The notes beneath the pieces were generated by a model. It did not search any database and was not told the origin of the DNA. It worked only from the letters and a program-made list of their open reading frames with translations. From Desulfobacteraceae bacterium (GTDB lineage Bacteria > Desulfobacterota > Desulfobacteria > Desulfobacterales > UBA2174), in contig JAQVTF010000001.1 of NCBI GenBank assembly GCA_028700185.1, forward strand, positions 1 to 63,079: a stretch of DNA of 63,079 nucleotides, given 5' to 3'. Within the stretch, counting starts at the first letter, position 1. Every line of letters starts with the position of its first letter. The translations under genes were made by a program, and so were the position numbers. Below are positions 49,262 through 58,197 of the stretch, one piece after another.

Positions 49262-49425
49262 AAGTGGACCCAGTGGACTGGATGGACCTGGTGGACAAAG
49301 TGGACATGGGGCGCGAGACGTGATCCGTCAGCGCTTCACCAGGGTCGGCCGGGTCCACAACCGTCCACCGTGCCCACCCGGCGCACAACGGCCGCGTCGT
49401 CCACCAAGTCCACTGAGTCCACCAA
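49262..49425. repeat. Inverted arrays of the hexamer GTGGAC: five forward copies at ~9-bp spacing facing five GTCCAC copies
   Basis: The forward array is GTGGACCCAGTGGACTGGATGGACCTGGTGGACAAAGTGGAC (49263-49305). The reverse copies are GTCCACAACCGTCCAC (49353-49368) and GTCCACCAAGTCCACTGAGTCCAC (49399-49422). The arrays lie between the convergent clpA and DJ-1 genes. Confidence 0.85.
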
Positions 49426-49434
49426 CACCCCCCG

Positions 49435-49956
49435 TCACTTCTTCAACGCTTCGATGACGGCCCGCATGAACGCCGGCAGATCGTCCGGGGTGCGACTGGT
49501 GATGAGGTTACCGTCCACCACCACCTCGGCGTCCGTCCACTGCGCACCGGCATGCGTCAGGTCGTCCCGGATGGCGAAGAAAGAAGTTACCTTGCGGCCG
49601 GAAAGGATCTTGGCCGAGGCCAGCATCCAGCCGGCGTGGCAGATGGCCGCCACCACCTTGCCCGCCGCATCCATATCGGCGACCAGGCGCACCATGGCCG
49701 GATCCCGTCGCATCATGTCCGGGGCGTATCCGCCGGGAATCACCACAGCGTCGAAATCGGTGGCCGACACGTCCTTGGCGCTGACATCGGGCCGCACCTC
49801 GGTGGCCGGCTTGCCCGTGAACACCGGGGCGCGCCCCGTACCCACCGCCGTTACCGTGGCACCGGCCTCCTTGAGCCGATAAAACGGGTACCAGAATTCA
49901 AACACGTTGAACAGATCCTCCACCAGCAGGGCCACGCGTTTTCCCTTCAGTTCCAT
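49435..49956 (-). CDS. DJ-1/PfpI family protein
   Basis: The ORF is 173 aa. Motifs are ..FDAVVIPGGYAPD.. and the nucleophile elbow AAICHAGWML. Confidence 0.85.
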   Translation of the reverse strand: MELKGKRVALLVEDLFNVFEFWYPFYRLKEAGATVTAVGTGRAPVFTGKPATEVRPDVSAKDVSATDFDAVVIPGGYAPDMMRRDPAMVRLVADMDAAGKVVAAICHAGWMLASAKILSGRKVTSFFAIRDDLTHAGAQWTDAEVVVDGNLITSRTPDDLPAFMRAVIEALKK

Positions 49957-50046
49957 GGCAACCTCCTTATCCTTCTACGGTAAACAACAGGGCCTCGACA
50001 CTCTGAAGAAAGATAGCAACAGAGGCCGGAACCGCAAGCCCGGAGC

Positions 50047-51009
50047 TCACGGCGATCCGCCGAGCACCAGCAATAGCCCCACCGCCAGCAGGGCCGCCAG
50101 CAGGGCCGAAGCCAGCATCAGGTCGCAGGCCCGGGCGATGTCGGTCACCTGCACGGAGCGATGCTCGGCGCCAATATACGGCTTGCTCACCATCTGGCCA
50201 TGGTAGCGGTTCGGCCCGCCCAGGCGCACCCCGAGGGCCCCGGCGAAGGCCGCCTCGGACCATCCGGCGTTGGGGCTGAGATGACGCTTTCCGTCCCGCC
50301 GGGCCATTCGCCAGGATTGGCGGCCACGACCCAGCAGGATCGCCGCCGGTCCAGCGATCAGCGCCACCGACAGGCGGGCCGGCAGATAGTTGGCGGCGTC
50401 ATCCAGCCGGGCCGCGGCCCGGCCGAACTGGAGATAGCGCGGCGACCGGTAGCCCACCATCGAATCCAGGGTGTTGACCATCTTGTAGGCCAGCGCCAGC
50501 GGAGCCCCTCCCAACACGGCGAAGAAAAGCGGCGCCACCACCCCGTCCACCAGGTTTTCGGCCACCGTTTCCACCGCGGCCCGGGAAACGCCTTCGGCGT
50601 CAAGATGACCTGTTTCGCGCCCCACGATCATCCCCACCGTTTTTCGCGCCGCCCCCAGATCCTGTCGCACCAGCGCCCGCTGAACCGCCATGGCGGCGGT
50701 GTAGAGCGCACGGGTGGACAGGCAGGTCCACAGGATCACCACCTGCACCGCCTGGGCCAGAACCGGGGACAGGTACCCGGCCGCAAGGATCGCTCCAAAC
50801 CCCAGCGCCCAGGTGGTGGGCACCAGAAGCAGTACCAAGAGCACACCGGCGGCAAAAGGTCGGCGCCGCCAGCGTCTCAGGAACGGCTCCAGGATCCTTG
50901 CCGCCCGCCCCATCCAGCGCACGGGATGGGGCCAGGAGGGCGGATCGCCCAGGATCAGGTCCAAGGCAAATGCGGCGGCGATGACGACCCATGAATCACC
51001 GACGAACAT
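50047..51009 (-). CDS. cbiB: Adenosylcobinamide-phosphate synthase CbiB
   Basis: The ORF is 320 aa and encodes a membrane protein. Motifs are ..LDLILGDPPSWPHPVRWMG.. and ..NTLDSMVGY... Confidence 0.85.
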   Translation of the reverse strand: MFVGDSWVVIAAAFALDLILGDPPSWPHPVRWMGRAARILEPFLRRWRRRPFAAGVLLVLLLVPTTWALGFGAILAAGYLSPVLAQAVQVVILWTCLSTRALYTAAMAVQRALVRQDLGAARKTVGMIVGRETGHLDAEGVSRAAVETVAENLVDGVVAPLFFAVLGGAPLALAYKMVNTLDSMVGYRSPRYLQFGRAAARLDDAANYLPARLSVALIAGPAAILLGRGRQSWRMARRDGKRHLSPNAGWSEAAFAGALGVRLGGPNRYHGQMVSKPYIGAEHRSVQVTDIARACDLMLASALLAALLAVGLLLVLGGSP

Positions 51010-51015
51010 GACAGC

Positions 51016-52101
51016 TCACATCTTTCCCGTCATCTCGGGGATCCGATCCAGACACTCGGCCACCCGACGATTGGCATCGCCGTCCTTGAGGGAAATGCGG
51101 ATGAAGCGCGGGTCGAGACCGATGAAATTGCTGCAATCGCGTACCAGAATCCGTTCCCGGGCCAAGGCCTGGCACACATGGGCCGCGGTGGCCGGCGCCG
51201 GCAGTTGCAGCAGCACGAAGGAGGTCCGGCTGGGAAAACCCCGCAACCCATGGCAGCCTTGCAACCGCTGGTTCAGGAGCTGCTTTTCCGTTTCGAGAAA
51301 AGATCGGGTTTCATCGAGAAACTGCTTCACCGGCCCCGGGTGGGTGCTGAGGAAGGTCACCGCTTCCTGGGCCAGGGCATTGACGCTCCAGGGAGGACGG
51401 TGGGGATGGAGCCGCGCCAGGACCGGCGCCGGCCCCATGAGGAATCCGATGCGCAGCCCGGCGATGCGGTGAATCTTGCTCATGGAACTGAGCACCAGGA
51501 GGTTGTCGGCACCGCGGTGGGCCAGGGATTCCGCTTCAGGGGCAAAGGGCAGGTAAGACTCGTCCACCACGAAGCGGCAGTCCGGTCTGCCCGCCGCCAA
51601 AGTGGAGATGGCTTCGGGATCGAGAAGCACGCCGGTGGGATTGTTGGGATTGCAGATGAAGACGAGGTCACCCGGCTCCAGGGCGTTCTTCAGCTGTTCC
51701 AGGGGTGGCGCGAAGCCTTGGGCGGCAACGGCCGTGACAGGCACCACCGGCACGCCGGCCAGCCGGCAGGCATCGGTGTAATCGGCGTAGGTGGGCCCCA
51801 CCACCACGGCCCGCGGCGGGGCCAAAACCCGGGGAAGCAGGTAGATCAGTTCGGTGGAGCCGTTTCCGGCCAGCACCCCGTCGGGGTCCAGGCCCGAAGC
51901 CTCGGCGAAGGCGGCCGTCATGGTGGCGGCATCCACCTCGGGAAGGGCCTGAATCAGATCGAGGCGGCGGTGCAGGTGCGCCATCAACTCCGGCATGGGC
52001 CCCAGCGGATTGACGTTGCTGCTCATGTCGCAGATGTCCGCCGGACGGCATCCCAGGCGACCGGCCAGTTCCAGCACATTGCCCCCGTGGCCGCGGATCA
52101 T
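51016..52101 (-). CDS. cobD: Threonine-phosphate decarboxylase (class I/II aminotransferase fold)
   Basis: The ORF is 361 aa, starting MIRGHGGNV... It contains ..DMSSNVNPLG.. and the PLP Lys region LSSMSKIHRIAGLRIG. It lies within the cob cluster. Confidence 0.8.
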   Translation of the reverse strand: MIRGHGGNVLELAGRLGCRPADICDMSSNVNPLGPMPELMAHLHRRLDLIQALPEVDAATMTAAFAEASGLDPDGVLAGNGSTELIYLLPRVLAPPRAVVVGPTYADYTDACRLAGVPVVPVTAVAAQGFAPPLEQLKNALEPGDLVFICNPNNPTGVLLDPEAISTLAAGRPDCRFVVDESYLPFAPEAESLAHRGADNLLVLSSMSKIHRIAGLRIGFLMGPAPVLARLHPHRPPWSVNALAQEAVTFLSTHPGPVKQFLDETRSFLETEKQLLNQRLQGCHGLRGFPSRTSFVLLQLPAPATAAHVCQALARERILVRDCSNFIGLDPRFIRISLKDGDANRRVAECLDRIPEMTGKM

Positions 52102-52898
52102 GACAGCCCCCCCGCCGCCAGGACCACCCAGAGTCCGGCTTCCACCACCTCCCCCAGGGCGCCGATCAAATCGCCGGTCACCCCCCCCAGGCGCCGCCGG
52201 TAAAAATGCAACATCAGGCCCGTCACCAGCCCAGAGGCGACCAGGAACACAACGCAGCGCCAGCCCAGAAACAGGCTCAACCCAACGGGCAAGGCGATGG
52301 CCGCCAAGTCCACCCCCCGGGCCGGCGGATGGAAAAAGGCCTGCCCGGTGCCGCCTTCGGCTCGGGCGTAAGGCATCACGGTCATGGCGATCATCATGGC
52401 GCAGCGGGCAAAGGCCGGCACCAGGATCAGGGACAGCCCCCGGTGATGGGAGACCGCCCCCAACCCGACGGTTTTGACAATGAGCACCACGGCCACCACC
52501 ACCACCCCCATGGCCCCCACCCGACTGTCCTTCATAATCGCCAGCGCCCGGGTGCGATCATGGGCGCCCATGAGTCCGTCGGCGGTGTCGGCCAGCCCGT
52601 CCAGGTGCAAGGCACCGGTGATCAGCACCATCAGGGCCACGTCCAGGGCGGCGACCACCGGCAGCGGCAAAACGAGGGACGCCAGGGCGTCGAAGGCGGA
52701 AACAATGGATCCGATCACGATGCCGGCCACCGGGAAAAACCGCATGGCCCGCCGGGGATCGAAGCGATGGGCCGGTCCAAGGGGCAAAATGGTGAGGAAC
52801 TGAAGGGCTCCGGCAAGATCGTCCAACGCGGCCGACAGGAGAAACTTCGGTGGCCGCTCACTGCCTTTATTCAATGGAATTGCACCTTTCCGCCTCAA
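52098..52898 (-). CDS. cobS: Adenosylcobinamide-GDP ribazoletransferase (cobalamin synthase)
   Basis: The product is a multi-TM protein containing ..LQFLTILPLG.., ..DGLADTADGL.. and ..GGVTGDLIGA... The TTG start is uncertain. Confidence 0.8.
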   Translation of the reverse strand: MRRKGAIPLNKGSERPPKFLLSAALDDLAGALQFLTILPLGPAHRFDPRRAMRFFPVAGIVIGSIVSAFDALASLVLPLPVVAALDVALMVLITGALHLDGLADTADGLMGAHDRTRALAIMKDSRVGAMGVVVVAVVLIVKTVGLGAVSHHRGLSLILVPAFARCAMMIAMTVMPYARAEGGTGQAFFHPPARGVDLAAIALPVGLSLFLGWRCVVFLVASGLVTGLMLHFYRRRLGGVTGDLIGALGEVVEAGLWVVLAAGGLS

Positions 52899-52914
52899 TT
52901 CGTCAAGGCTCAGC

Positions 52915-53454
52915 TCAAATGCCGGCGGGTTTGATCGTCACCGGAATGCCGGCCACCATCCACACCACCTGTTGGCAGGCGGCGGCGATTTTCTGGTTCA
53001 CCAGGCCGGAGAGATCCCGAAACCGCCTGGCCAGGGGGTTTTCCGGGACGATGCCGGCGCCGGTCTCGTTGGCCACGAGGACGACCCGGCCCCGAATCGT
53101 CTTCAGGCGCAACGCCAGCCCCTCCGCCCGGGCCTCGATCTCGGCATCGCCGAGCCCGGCCACCAGCAGATTGCTCGTCCAAAGGGTGAGGCAGTCGACC
53201 ACCATCACCCGATCCGCTTGGTCCCACCGATCGAGGACGGCCACCAGATCTTCCCCCTCCTCCACCGTTTGCCAGGACGCATCGCGCTCGGCCTGGTGCC
53301 GTTGCACACGGGCCCGCATTTCATCGTCCCGGGCCATACAGGTGGCCACGAAAATCCGCTGGTCGGCACCCGCCGCCAGGGCCAGGGCCTGACGGCTCTT
53401 GCCGCTGCGGCATCCGCCGATGACCAGGATAGACGCTGACCCCATCGCCGCCAT
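52915..53454 (-). CDS. cobU: Adenosylcobinamide kinase / adenosylcobinamide-phosphate guanylyltransferase
   Basis: The ORF is 179 aa. Motifs are P-loop ILVIGGCRSGKS and ..VVDCLTLW... Confidence 0.85.
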   Translation of the reverse strand: MAAMGSASILVIGGCRSGKSRQALALAAGADQRIFVATCMARDDEMRARVQRHQAERDASWQTVEEGEDLVAVLDRWDQADRVMVVDCLTLWTSNLLVAGLGDAEIEARAEGLALRLKTIRGRVVLVANETGAGIVPENPLARRFRDLSGLVNQKIAAACQQVVWMVAGIPVTIKPAGI

Positions 53455-53456
53455 CC

Positions 53457-53981
53457 CTATTTTTCGATCCCGGTACGGGCCTGGACACCGTTTTCGTAGT
53501 AGTGCTTGATCACCTTGACCTCGGTGACCAGATCCGCCGCGGCGATGATTGCCGGATCAGCCCCACGACCGCTGATGACCAGCTCGACGGTCTCCGGTTT
53601 GCGCTTGACCAGCTCCAGGATCGCCTCCGTCGAAATCAGCCCCAGGGTAGCGGCCACATTGGCCTCGTCGAGAATCACCACGTCGTAATCGCCCGAGGTC
53701 AACGCCTGGCGAGCGGCGGCCAACCCCTTGGCGGCCAGGGCACGGTCGGTATCCGACGGTTTTCCCCGCACGAAGCTTCCGGTGCCGAACTGAACGATGG
53801 TGATCCGGTCCTTGAATTGTCCCAGGGCCTTGACTTCACTGTAGTCGCCCTGCTTGAGGAACTGGGCCAGGTACACCCGCAGCCCGGCCCCGATGGCGCG
53901 CACCGCCAAGCCGATCACCGCGGTGGTTTTTCCCTTGCCATCGCCCGTATAAACCTGAACAAAACCTTTCGGAAGTGGCAT
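53457..53981 (-). CDS. cobO: Cob(I)yrinic acid a,c-diamide adenosyltransferase
   Basis: The sequence starts MPLPKGFVQVYTGDGKGKTTAVIGLAVRAIG.. and contains ..VILDE... I place the start at ATG 53981. The 259-aa track ORF carries an 85-aa spurious N-terminal extension across the leader. Confidence 0.85.
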   Translation of the reverse strand: MPLPKGFVQVYTGDGKGKTTAVIGLAVRAIGAGLRVYLAQFLKQGDYSEVKALGQFKDRITIVQFGTGSFVRGKPSDTDRALAAKGLAAARQALTSGDYDVVILDEANVAATLGLISTEAILELVKRKPETVELVISGRGADPAIIAAADLVTEVKVIKHYYENGVQARTGIEK

Positions 53982-54291
53982 ATTTTCATTTCCTGGTTGT
54001 AAGTTAGAACTATTTGATCTCAAGAAAAAACCGTTGCCCGCCTCGGGGCAAAAGCGCGCCGAAGGCGTTAGACTATGCGCCCCCGGCATCGATGTCAACG
54101 ATTCAAAGCGAAGGCCGCGGGGTCGAAGGCAGGGCGCGCCAAACAGCGGCGGCCCACAGCCGTCGAGCTTCCCTAAAACATCCCCCTCGCAGCGGCGCGG
54201 CGGGACATTGTTTAAAAATCTTTCCTGGGTTGACAATTGCCGCCGATTCCACTACCCCTGGCACCTGCAACATGGGCAAATGCCCGTCGGT

Positions 54292-54490
54292 GCCCTTCGG
54301 CCCCTTGCCCAACAGCACAGGACCGAAGGGCTGAATAGGGAAACCGGTGCGATACCGGTGCGGACCCGCCGCTGTGAGTGGGGACGCCAGTCGCAAGATG
54401 CCACTGTGCCGCAGGAAGCAATACCGAAGCGGCATGGGAAGGCGCGGCCAGGCGGTTGATCCACGAGCCAGAAGACCTGCCGACGGTGCA
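54292..54490 (+). promoter_or_regulatory. Cobalamin (B12) riboswitch upstream of cobT
   Basis: The core elements appear in the canonical order: AATAGGGAAACCGGTGCGATACCGGTGCGGACCCGCCGCTGT, GATGCCACTG, GGGAAGGCG, and the B12 box GAGCCAGAAGACCTGCC. Confidence 0.85.
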
Positions 54491-54515
54491 TGCGAGAATC
54501 CGAGGTGATGGCAAA

Positions 54516-54559
54516 GCCCCGGGCTGATTGGTTGTAATCAGCTCCGGGGCTTTTTTTAT
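54516..54559 (+). terminator. Riboswitch expression-platform terminator
   Basis: AGCCCCGGGCTGATT-loop-AATCAGCTCCGGGGCT is followed by TTTTTTT. It lies ~35 nt before the cobT start. Confidence 0.75.
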
Positions 54560-54594
54560 GTCACAACAGTGCAACCGCAACGAAAGGATCGACC

Positions 54595-55665
54595 ATGCAG
54601 GATCTCAATCCGCTCATCGGAAAAATCACCCCCGCCTCCCCCCGGTGGAAGGCCAAGGCCGAGGCCCGCACGGCCCGGCTGGTGATGCCGCCAAGGGCTC
54701 TCGGCCGCCTGCACCCCATCGCCGAGCAGCTCTGCGCCATCGGCGAAACCCTGGCGCCGGACATTTCCCGCCGGGCCTTCGTGGTCATGGCGGGGGACCA
54801 CGGGGTCGCCGCCGAGGGGGTGAGCGCTTTTCCCCAGGCCGTCACCGGGGAAATGATCAGGTGCTTTTTGAAAAACGGCGCCGGCATCAACGTCCTGGCC
54901 CGCCAGGCCGGCGCCGAGGTCTTCGTGGTGGATGCGGGGATCATCCCGGATCTCGACCCCACCGGCCTGCCGGGGGCCGACCACTACCGGGTGCGCAAGG
55001 TGGCCCGCGGCACGGCCAACTTCGCCCAGGGACCGGCCATGAGCCGTGATCAGGCCCGGGCGGCCGTTCTGGCCGGCTGGGAGGAAGCCACGGCGCTCAT
55101 CGACGGCGGATACCGCCTCCTGGGCACCGGCGACATGGGCATCGCCAACACCACCGCGGCGGCGGCGGTGGGCGTGGTGCTCACCGGCTGCGGCATCGAG
55201 GAAATGGTGGGCCGGGGCACCGGCATCGACGACGCCGGGCTGGAGCGCAAGCGCACCGCCATCGAAAAAGGCATTCAGCGCAACGGCCCGGATCCCGGTG
55301 ACGGACTGGACGTGCTGGCCAAGGTAGGGGGATTTGAAATCGGCGCCATCGCCGGACTGATTCTGGCGGCGGCGGCGGCCAAGCGCCCGGTGGTCATGGA
55401 CGGGCTGATCTCCACGGCCGGCGCCCTGGTCGCCTGGGCCCTGTGCCCCACGGTTACCGATTACCTCTTTGCCGGCCACTGCGGCGAAGAACCCGGCCAC
55501 CGGCACATGCTCGCCCGTCTGGGCCTGGCGCCCATCCTGAGCCTGGGGCTGCGCCTGGGCGAAGGCACCGGCGGCGCCCTGGCCCTTCCCATCCTGGACG
55601 CGGCGCTACGAATCTTCTCCGAGATGCACACCTTCGAGGAAGCCGGCGTAAGCACCCCGGGATAA
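54595..55665 (+). CDS. cobT: Nicotinate-nucleotide--dimethylbenzimidazole phosphoribosyltransferase
   Basis: The ORF is 356 aa. Motifs are ..PPRALGRLHPIAEQLCAI.., ..VMAGDHGVAAEGVSAFPQAVT.. and ..GDMGIANTT... Confidence 0.9.
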   Translation: MQDLNPLIGKITPASPRWKAKAEARTARLVMPPRALGRLHPIAEQLCAIGETLAPDISRRAFVVMAGDHGVAAEGVSAFPQAVTGEMIRCFLKNGAGINVLARQAGAEVFVVDAGIIPDLDPTGLPGADHYRVRKVARGTANFAQGPAMSRDQARAAVLAGWEEATALIDGGYRLLGTGDMGIANTTAAAAVGVVLTGCGIEEMVGRGTGIDDAGLERKRTAIEKGIQRNGPDPGDGLDVLAKVGGFEIGAIAGLILAAAAAKRPVVMDGLISTAGALVAWALCPTVTDYLFAGHCGEEPGHRHMLARLGLAPILSLGLRLGEGTGGALALPILDAALRIFSEMHTFEEAGVSTPG

Positions 55666-55791
55666 TCACCTTCCGGCGGTGATTCGGGGCTTCGTTCTTC
55701 GCTGTTTTCGTGCTAAGGAAGGCCACTCGACGATTCGGCACTTTAACCGTCGGAGAAAGAAACCGAAAAGCAAATCGAAAGGGAGATCTTC

Positions 55792-56616
55792 GTGCACGCC
55801 CCCCTTCCCAACGATGTCCCGGTGGCCGCCATCGTCATGGCGGCGGGCCGGGGCAGTCGCATGAGCGCTGAGAGTGGCAACAAGACCCTGTTGCCGCTGA
55901 TGCCCGAGGCTCCGGACCCGGCCCGGCGCCGTCCCCTGCTGATGGAAATCCTCGACAACCTGCCCCCGGGCCCCCGGGGCCTGGTGGTGCACCACTGCAA
56001 GCAGGACGTGATGGCCGCCACCGGCCACCTGCCGCTGACCTATATCGATCAGCCGGTGCTCAACGGCACCGGCGGCGCCATTCTGGCCGCCGCCGATTTC
56101 ATTCGCCAAACAGTCTGTCCGCACTGGATCATCACCATGGGGGACGTTCCCTTCGTGCGTCCGGCAACCTACCGTCGGCTGGTGGACGCCCTGGCCCTCA
56201 GCGACATGGCGGTACTGGGCTTCTGCCCCGTGGACAAGAAACAGTACGGGGTTCTGGAAATCGACGGGGAGACGGTGCGCCGCATCACGGAGTGGAAGTA
56301 TTGGAAGGACTATCCCGCCGAGCGCCAGGCGGCCTTGAAGATCTGCAACGCCGGCATCTACGCCGTTCGGCGGGAGGCCCTGCTCACCCACCTGCCGACC
56401 CTGGCGGCAAGCCCCCAGGTGGTGCACAAGCAGGTGGATGGGCAGGTGCGCGCCATCGAGGAGTACTTCATCACCGACCTGGTGGCCGCCATGGTGGCGG
56501 CCGACCACCGGGTCGCCTACCTCACCACCGAGGACGAATCGGAAACCATGGGCGTGGACGATCCCCTGGCCCTGGCGGCGGCCCGCGCCTTCTACCGCCG
56601 CGGGAACCGACGATGA
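55792..56616 (+). CDS. NTP-transferase (MobA/GlmU-N-like nucleotidyltransferase)
   Basis: The ORF is 274 aa with a GTG start. Motifs are [13 protein letters not shown]....K.LLPL. The substrate is unknown. Confidence 0.6.
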   Translation: MHAPLPNDVPVAAIVMAAGRGSRMSAESGNKTLLPLMPEAPDPARRRPLLMEILDNLPPGPRGLVVHHCKQDVMAATGHLPLTYIDQPVLNGTGGAILAAADFIRQTVCPHWIITMGDVPFVRPATYRRLVDALALSDMAVLGFCPVDKKQYGVLEIDGETVRRITEWKYWKDYPAERQAALKICNAGIYAVRREALLTHLPTLAASPQVVHKQVDGQVRAIEEYFITDLVAAMVAADHRVAYLTTEDESETMGVDDPLALAAARAFYRRGNRR

Positions 56617-57314
56617 TTTCGGATCCGACACTCTCCGTCGTGATCCCCTGCTACAACGAACGCGACACCCTGGCCGACCTGATCCGGCGGGTACGGGAAT
56701 CTCCCGTGCCCCGCAAGCAGCTCATTCTGGTGGACGACTGCTCCACCGACGGCACCACGGCACTGATCCGCGCCGAGATCGAAGCCCTGGTGGACCGGGT
56801 GGTCTACCACGAGCGCAACCGGGGGAAAGGGGCCGCCATCCGCTCCGGCCTCGAACATGTTACCGGGGACATCGTCGTCATCCAGGACGCCGACCTGGAG
56901 TACGACCCCGGCGAATACCCAAAGCTCATCGGCCCCATCGTCGAGGGCAAGGCCGACGTGGTGTACGGTTCCCGCTTCACCGGCGAGGGCCCCCACCGCG
57001 TCCATCTCTTTTGGCATTACGTGGGCAACAGGATTCTCACCCTGCTCTCCAACGTCTTTACCAACCTCAATCTCACCGACATGGAGACCTGTTACAAGGT
57101 GTTTCGCACCGAGGTGATCCGATCCATCCGGATTCGTCAGAATCGCTTCGGCATCGAGCCGGAACTCACCGCCAAGGTCGCCCGGCTCAAGTGCCGTGTC
57201 TACGAGGTGGGCATCTCCTACTACGGCCGCTCCTACGAGGAAGGCAAAAAGATCGGTTGGAGAGACGGCGTCAAGGCGCTGTACTGCATTGTTCGCTATG
57301 GCCTCTTTCCCTAG
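56613..57314 (+). CDS. Family 2 glycosyltransferase (Dpm1/polyprenol-phosphate type)
   Basis: The sequence starts [20 protein letters not shown].. and contains ..[10 protein letters not shown].. and ..[10 protein letters not shown]... The ATG at 56613 overlaps the upstream stop. Confidence 0.8.
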   Translation: MISDPTLSVVIPCYNERDTLADLIRRVRESPVPRKQLILVDDCSTDGTTALIRAEIEALVDRVVYHERNRGKGAAIRSGLEHVTGDIVVIQDADLEYDPGEYPKLIGPIVEGKADVVYGSRFTGEGPHRVHLFWHYVGNRILTLLSNVFTNLNLTDMETCYKVFRTEVIRSIRIRQNRFGIEPELTAKVARLKCRVYEVGISYYGRSYEEGKKIGWRDGVKALYCIVRYGLFP

Positions 57315-57337
57315 ACCGCCGACGGCCCCCACAGGGG

Positions 57338-58081
57338 TCAAACCGCCAGTTCTTCCTTGAGCCGCCTGAACTCCCGCTCCAGCTTCTCCTCCTGCTGGGG
57401 GTCGGGGTTTTCCTTGAAACGTCGACGCGCCGAATCCATTAGACGTTCCAGTTCGGGTAGGATTTCCCTGGTGAAGCGCTCCTTTTGCTCCCGACTGTAT
57501 CTTTCCGCCGAACGCACCGTTTCATCCAGCTGGTCCATGAAACGGTCCAACCGGCCGCTGTCGATTTCGTCTTTGAAACGCTCCAGGTACATCTGGGAAC
57601 GCTCGCCCAGGGCCTCCATGAAACGCTGGACCTGTTCGGTCATCCGCTCGGCCTTTTCGGAGGCGGGGGAACGCGCCATCACCACCGCCCCCGAACGCAT
57701 GGGCTCGGTATCCGGTTGGCCGGCCGGCGGCAAGATGCTGATGCGCGCCGCGCCGTCGCTCCTCCAGGGCCGTTCCAGGATGACCCGCGAGCCAGCCCGC
57801 ACCCGCTCCTTGTGTTGGGCCTCGATATGCACGGAGATTACCGGATCGCCGCCGTGGGCATCGGGAATGGCATCGATGCGGCCGATGATCTCCCTGCGGC
57901 CGTCGTTGTCCTGGAACTCCACCGGATCACCGGCACGCAGTCCCTCGATGCGATCCACCACCACGGTGAGTTCCAGGTCGGCGCGGAAAACATCCAGCAA
58001 GCCGGCCTGGACCGGCGCGCCGGCCGTCAACAGCCCCACCATCATCAGAGCGCCCATCAGAAGCCCGCGGTTCATTTTCAT
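57338..58081 (-). CDS. Secreted hypothetical protein, possibly with an MlaD/MCE-like N-terminal domain and a coiled-coil C-terminus
   Basis: The signal peptide is MKMNRGLLMGALMMVGLLTAGAPVQA. The segment ..RIEGLRAGDPVEFQ.. is weakly MCE-like. No confident family call is possible. Confidence 0.4.
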   Translation of the reverse strand: MKMNRGLLMGALMMVGLLTAGAPVQAGLLDVFRADLELTVVVDRIEGLRAGDPVEFQDNDGRREIIGRIDAIPDAHGGDPVISVHIEAQHKERVRAGSRVILERPWRSDGAARISILPPAGQPDTEPMRSGAVVMARSPASEKAERMTEQVQRFMEALGERSQMYLERFKDEIDSGRLDRFMDQLDETVRSAERYSREQKERFTREILPELERLMDSARRRFKENPDPQQEEKLEREFRRLKEELAV

Positions 58082-58197
58082 CCCTCCTCATCTTTGAGCA
58101 GCATCAGGGTTTCTGGCGTCGGGGAAAACCAGGGGTCCCATTTCGTTCTTTTTGACACGAAAAATCTGAAGCTCTCCTTTTCCATCGGCCCGGTCCC

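Noticed and set aside
49255-49323. Read-through of the clpA TAG into the in-frame GTGGAC array, adding GKVDPVDWMDLVDKVDMGRET.
   Set aside because: The in-frame reading is a by-product of the 9-bp repeat period. ClpA is complete at the TAG and there is no evidence for suppression.
53982-54236. N-terminal extensions of track ORFs: cobO 259 aa, the NtrC-type regulator 565 aa, archaemetzincin 253 aa, C-N hydrolase 375 aa, ClpS 185 aa, brxB 275 aa, and the phosphatase 371 aa.
   Set aside because: The extensions overlap upstream genes or leaders, lack family similarity, and have internal starts with good RBS or stop-start coupling that match the expected protein N-termini.
54100-54240. A possible second cobalamin riboswitch on the minus strand upstream of cobO. 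The elements seen were TTAGGGAAGC...GGGCCGCCGCTGT and CCCTGCC.
   Set aside because: It lacks the GGTG..CC pairing segment, the GCCACTG/GGGAAGGC elements and a proper B12 box (AGCCAGGAGACCTGCC). It also lies upstream of the best promoter-like pair for cobO. The resemblance is probably GC-rich chance similarity, and a covariance-model scan would settle it.
54236-54245. An apparent 1-nt disagreement between my reading of the printed sequence (AATTGCCCGCCG) and three ORF-track translations, which imply AATTGCCGCCG. My counts between ~54.24 and ~55.6 kb run one position ahead of the track coordinates (my position = track + 1).
   Set aside because: This is most likely my own mis-reading or mis-count of a C-run and not a biological frameshift. 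ORF-track coordinates were used for the CDS features, and non-ORF coordinates in this interval are +/-1.
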